From contig CATNEN010000034.1 in assembly GCA_950097015.1 (NCBI GenBank), positions 5,332,001-5,396,000 on the forward strand: a DNA stretch of 64,000 nucleotides. Direction: 5' to 3'. The DNA comes from Macrostomum hystrix. Its lineage: Eukaryota; Animalia; Platyhelminthes. Positions 60,850 through 64,000 of this stretch are shown piece after piece (the first letter of the stretch is position 1; the number at the start of each line of letters is the position of its first letter). A program made the translations under genes and the position numbers. A model generated the notes under the pieces. That model was not told where the DNA came from, made no database searches, and saw only the letters and a list, made by a program, of their open reading frames with translations.

Positions 60850-62830
60850 GGATAATATATTCGGAGGATATGAATTTCAAAAGATATGAAATTCGGAGGA
60901 TTTGAAATTCGGAGGATTTGAAATTCGGAGGATTTGAAATTCGGAGGATTTGAAATTCGGAGGATTTAAAACTCGGAGAATTTGAAATTAGGAGGATATA
61001 AAATTCGGAGGATATGAAATTCGGAGGATATGAAATTCGGAAGATATGAAATTCGGAGGATATGAAATTCGGAGGATATGAAATTCGGATGATATGAAAT
61101 TCGGAGGATATGAAATACGGAGGATATGAAATACGGAGGATATGAAATTCGGAGGATATGAAATTCGGAGGATATGAAATTCGGAAGATATGAAATTCGG
61201 AGGATATGAAATTCGGAGGATATGAAATTCGGATGATTTGAAATTCGGAAGATATGAAATTCGGAGGATATGAAATTCGGATGATTTGAAATTCGGAAGA
61301 TATGAAATTCGGAGGGTATGAAATTCGGAGGATATGAAATTCGGAGGATATGAAATACGGATGATTTGAAATTCGGAAGATATGAAATTCGGAGGATATG
61401 AAATTCGGAGGATATGAAATTCGGATGATTTGAAATTCGGAAGATATGAAATTCGGAGGATATGAAATTCGGAGGATATGAAATTCGGAGGATATGAAAT
61501 ACGGAGGATATGAAATACGGAGGATATGAAATTCGGAGGATATGAAATTCGGAGGATATGAAAGACGGAGGATATGAAATTCGGAGGATATGAAATACGG
61601 AGGATATGAAATACGGAAGATATGAAATTCGGAGGATATGAAATTCGGAGGATATGAAATTCGGATGATATGAAATTCGGAAGATATGAAATTCGGAGGA
61701 TATGAAATTCGGAGGATATGAAATTCGGAGGATATGAAATACGGAGGATATGAAATTCGGAGGATATGAAATACGGAGGATATGAAATGCGGAGGATATG
61801 AAATTCGGAGGATATGAAATTCGGAGGATATGAAATTCGGATGATATGAAATTCGGAAGATATGAAATTCGGAGGATATGAAATTCGGAGGATATGAAAT
61901 TCGGATGATATGAAATTCGGAGGATATGAAATACGGAGGATATGAAATACGGAGGATATGAAATTCGGATGATTTGAAATACGGAGGATATGAAATTCGG
62001 AGGATATGAAATTCGGAGGATATGAAATTCGGAGGATATGAAATTCGGAGGATATGAAATTCGGATGATATGAAATACGGAGGATATGAAATTCGGAGGA
62101 TATGAAATACGGAGGATATGAAATTCGGAGGATATGAAATTCGGATGATTTGAAATTCAGAAGATATAAAATACGGAGGATATGAAATTCGGAGGATATG
62201 AAATTCGGAGGATATGAAATTCAGAGGATATAAAATTACGAGGATATGAAATTCGGAGGATATGAAATTCGGAGGATATGAAAGACGGAAGATATGAAAT
62301 TCGGAGGATTTGAAATTCGGAGGATATGAAATTCGGAGGATATGAAATACGGAGGATTTGAAATTCGGAGGATATGAAATTCGGAGGATTTGAAATTCGG
62401 AGGATATGAAATTCGGAGGATATGAAATACGGAGGATTTGAAATTCGGAGGATATGAAATTCGGAGGATATGAAATTCGGAGGATATGAAATTCGGATGA
62501 TATGAAATACGGAGGATATGAAATTCGGAGGATATGAAATACGGAGGATATGAAATTCGGAGGATATGAAATTCGGATGATTTGAAATTCAGAAGATATA
62601 AAATACGGAGGATATGAAATTCGGAGGATATGAAATGCAGAGGATATGAAATTCGGAGGATATGAAATTCGGAGGATTTCAAATTCAGAGGATATAAAAT
62701 TAGGAGGATATGAAATGCGGAGGATATGAAATTCGGAGGATATGAAATTCACAGGATATAAAATTAGGAGGATATGAAATGCGGAGGATATGAAATTCGG
62801 AGGATTTCAAATTCAGAGGATATAAAACTC
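60850..62830. repeat. 16-bp minisatellite GGAGGATATGAAATTC
   Basis: Tandem array of ~2 kb. Confidence 0.97.
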
Positions 62831-62873
62831 AGGGGATATTAATTCGTTGGAAACGTGAATGTGCAGCACTTAC

Positions 62874-63071
62874 CCACACTATAGGTGAGAATTCCCTGGT
62901 TAATCAGGCTGCAGGTGTAAGTTCCCAGCTGCAGGTAAGTCACGATGCAATAGCCAGTCAAAGTGTCGGCCGTGTTAAAGAACGCATCGTCATCGTACAC
63001 TGCCAAATTAACCTGCTGTCCAGGATAGTACATGGACTCCAGGACTTCGTTCCATGTAGGATTGAGATGGT
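62874..63071 (-). CDS. Internal C2 second-half exon of a paralogous gene that starts beyond the window
   Basis: TTGCCTCAG|DHLNPTWNEVLESMYYPGQQVNLAVYDDDAFFNTADTLTGYCIVTYLQLGTYTCSLINQGILTYSV|GTAAGT, phase 1-1, similar to exon 55318-55521. Confidence 0.78.
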
Positions 63072-63164
63072 CTGAGGCAAAGTTTTATATAAAATTGAAA
63101 GTCAGTTGTCAAGGTGCGGTTGAATTATAATCGACATTCTAATAAACCGTTATCGAAAACTTTA

Positions 63165-63860
63165 CTTAACTCTGATCGGATGTCTGCTCTACTCAACTCT
63201 AATCGATTGTCTACTCAACTCGAATTGATTGCCAACTCAACTCAAATACATTGATTTTATACTTCACAATAATCAAAAACCTACTCAACTCTGATCGATT
63301 GTCTACTCAACTCTAATCGATAACCTACTCAACTCTGATCGGTAACATAATCAACTCTGATCGGTAACCTACTCAACTCTGATCGCCAACCTATTCAACT
63401 CTGATCGATTGTCTACTCAACTCTAATCGATAACCTACTCAACTCTGATCGGTAACCTACTCAACTCTGATCGATAGCCTACTCATCTCTGATCGCCAAC
63501 CTATTCAACTCTGATCGATTGTCTACTCAACTCTGATCGGTAACCTACTCAACTCTGATCGATAACCTACTCAACTCTGATCGGTAACATAATCAACTCT
63601 GATCGGTAACCTACTCATCTCTGATCGACAACCAAGTTAGTTCTGATCGACAACCTACTCAACTCTGATCGATAGCCTACTCAACTCTGATCGACAACCT
63701 ACTCAACTCTGATCGACAACCTACTCATCTCTGATCGATAAACAAGTTAGCTCTGATCGACAACCAAGTTAGCTCTGATCGACAACCTACTCATCTCTGA
63801 TCGACAACCCAGTCAACTCTGATCGACAACCTACTCAACTCTGATCGACAACCTACTCAA
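63165..63860. repeat. 22-bp minisatellite CTACTCAACTCTGATCGATAAC
   Basis: Tandem array. Confidence 0.93.
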
Positions 63861-64000
63861 TTCACGAACCACTAAATTATATTTATTGAAACTTAAAAAA
63901 GCGTGTCGGTTCACTCACTCCAAATGGTGGACGTGTTTGCGCCGCAATTCTGATCGAACGTGGAGGCGACAACCAGTGGGTCAGACCGATCAAAATCGCC

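Noticed and set aside
60824-62752. 642-aa and 148-aa ORFs (ISSEFHILRISYPPNF repeats)
   Set aside because: Stop-free frames of the 16-bp minisatellite; lies in an intron of the minus-strand C2 gene.

Overview
Eukaryotic (animal) genomic DNA with GC-rich exons, short GT-AG introns and very many 14-42 bp intronic minisatellites. This pattern and the apparent SL trans-splice acceptors suggest a free-living flatworm such as Macrostomum (inference only). Hand-built gene models: sFRP; a secreted PPPDE/LRAT-like papain-fold protein; a tight minus-strand cluster POMP-GANP(MCM3AP)-LSM4-JADE; XPO6; a DEG/ENaC channel; a secreted triple-C2 protein with convergent paralogous exons. Mobile DNA: two tRNA-derived SINE families, an hAT MITE with an 8-bp TSD, a MULE transposase fragment and a small MITE. 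The main discovery is in XPO6 intron 1: a 6.2-kb CMC/EnSpm (CACTA-like) transposon (30983-37191, CCCGTGTGGC TIRs, GT TSD) nested inside a foldback element. Besides a decayed transposase it carries a stand-alone CtIP/Sae2 C-terminal-domain gene (CxxC and RHR motifs, CDK site lost) and a third ORF, each preceded by its own splice acceptor. All coordinates and translations were read by hand and no database searches were run.
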